Below are positions 62,728-64,000 of a DNA stretch of 64,000 nucleotides, piece by piece. The stretch spans positions 12,648,001 through 12,712,000 of the forward strand of contig CM068755.1 in NCBI GenBank assembly GCA_035084275.1. Direction: 5' to 3'. A model generated the notes under the pieces. That model saw only the letters and a list, made by a program, of their open reading frames with translations. It did not search any database and was not told the origin of the DNA. Each line of letters starts with the position of its first letter. Position 1 is the stretch's first letter. This DNA is from Hydrolagus colliei (lineage: Eukaryota). A program made the position numbers and the translations under genes.

Positions 62728-64000
62728 AAAATTTGTGCATTTGGACATTTTCAGAGAAAATTTGAGTTTTACAGAGACTCAAATCATCCAATATGACTGT
62801 TTGGATTCATGGCTCAGACTCAGTGATCCCTCAACTCATAGCTGGATTGGCATTTTGCTTCTAAATAGAAATCCACGGAGAGGAATTTGATTCACACCAG
62901 GGTTTAAAAATGAGATAAAGTGCTAGCAACGCCATTTCTTGTGTACTCAAGACTGAAATGCCTGGCCTCCGGAGAAGCTGTGAAGGAATTAATCCTATCT
63001 CCAGATAATCCATCAGGGAACATCCTTCATTATGATGTTAAAAGCTAGGCTCAGTGCTCAGGACACTAACAATAGAGAGCAAGATCCTTTGAAATGCACA
63101 CATTTTTCCCAGGTTACAAGCTTGAATTATTTGCCTTTAGTTCAGATTAGAGAGCCCATGTGTGACTCATCCCCCGCTGTTTAAAATTGCTGTCTTTGGC
63201 TTTCGTTTGGGTTGTAGCGTGTCCTGAATAAACCCGTCTGGTTTCAAAATGATCATTTTAGGGAATCACATCCACCATGTAAAGTGTAACCATAGGTGGG
63301 TGCCTTTGTTTCAGCTTCTAAAAGTTTCTGTGCGCTTTGTGAGCTAATGTAACACTGCATCAAGATACTCCGTTGTCCTCTGCAGAAAATTAAAAGGACT
63401 GAATATCCCCTTTCATTGATAAAGTATTAGGTATATAGTGAGCAGAAAAAGATAAGCAAGGAGGCAAAGAAGAGTTGGTTTGTACAGCATTATCTGTGCT
63501 TAAACATCAGTGCATTAGACTATAAATGCTCTCCACCTCATCTTCTAGGTTAGACTCCCTTTGATATAAAGGCATAGCTTTGCAACTTAACAGTCAATGC
63601 CAAATCTCTTTTGCTGTTATATATTACAGCATGTCAGAAAGTTCAAAGTAATCTGGTAATTGTACTATAATATAAAAGTACTCACAGTTATAACCAAGAC
63701 ACACCTCTTTATACAAGGGCCTGTTAGCTATATTGGGTGCATTTAAATCGTATATGGCTTTGAATGAGGAAAAGTCCAATTTAATGTTGCTATTGCCAGA
63801 TATTGCTACTCATACGCGTGAATCGTTTCAAATAACACAGAACCACTGAATGTGCCAGCAATAATCAGCTGAATCCTTTTACTGTACACATTTGACACAA
63901 TATTTCACTGTCTAATTGAATGCTATGGAGGAAGAAGCAAGTTCAAGTTTAGCTATTGAATAGCCAATCAGGTCAATTTACAATAGATGCCCACTGACTA

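Noticed and set aside
1-64000. CRISPR arrays, operons or prokaryotic defence systems
   Set aside because: The sequence is vertebrate; the recurring ~35-bp palindromic motifs are dispersed SINE/L2 tails, not regularly spaced repeat-spacer arrays.

Overview
This is AT-rich, CpG-depleted vertebrate DNA, not prokaryotic. The repeat content points to a cartilaginous fish, probably a chimaera or elephant-shark-like genome; that is an inference from recalled repeat families, not a search. I recognise no host protein-coding exon in the 64 kb, so it looks like deep intron or gene desert. All recognisable coding sequence is retrotransposon-derived: a young 5'-truncated CR1 with an uninterrupted RT/C-terminal ORF (18698-19673, -), an old CR1 remnant spanning ORF1 esterase to ORF2 endonuclease (~25950-26690, -), an L2 ORF2 C-terminus (44091-44539, -) and a decayed Tx1-clade ORF2 (53188-~54560, +). 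There are also more than 10 copies of a tRNA-derived SINE with a (TTA)n tail (two full length), older DeuSINE-like copies, many short L2 and CR1 3' ends, and two Tc1/mariner (pogo/Tigger-like) MITEs. Several repeat-free, motif-dense blocks look like enhancers. I found no convincing new biological system. The most striking unexplained structure is two abutting perfect hairpins at 62123-62200, best read as a templated-insertion repair scar. Also notable are two diverged local duplications of unique sequence, repeated nesting of young SINEs in older retroposon 3' ends, and a covarying 3' stem-loop shared by SINE and L2 tails.
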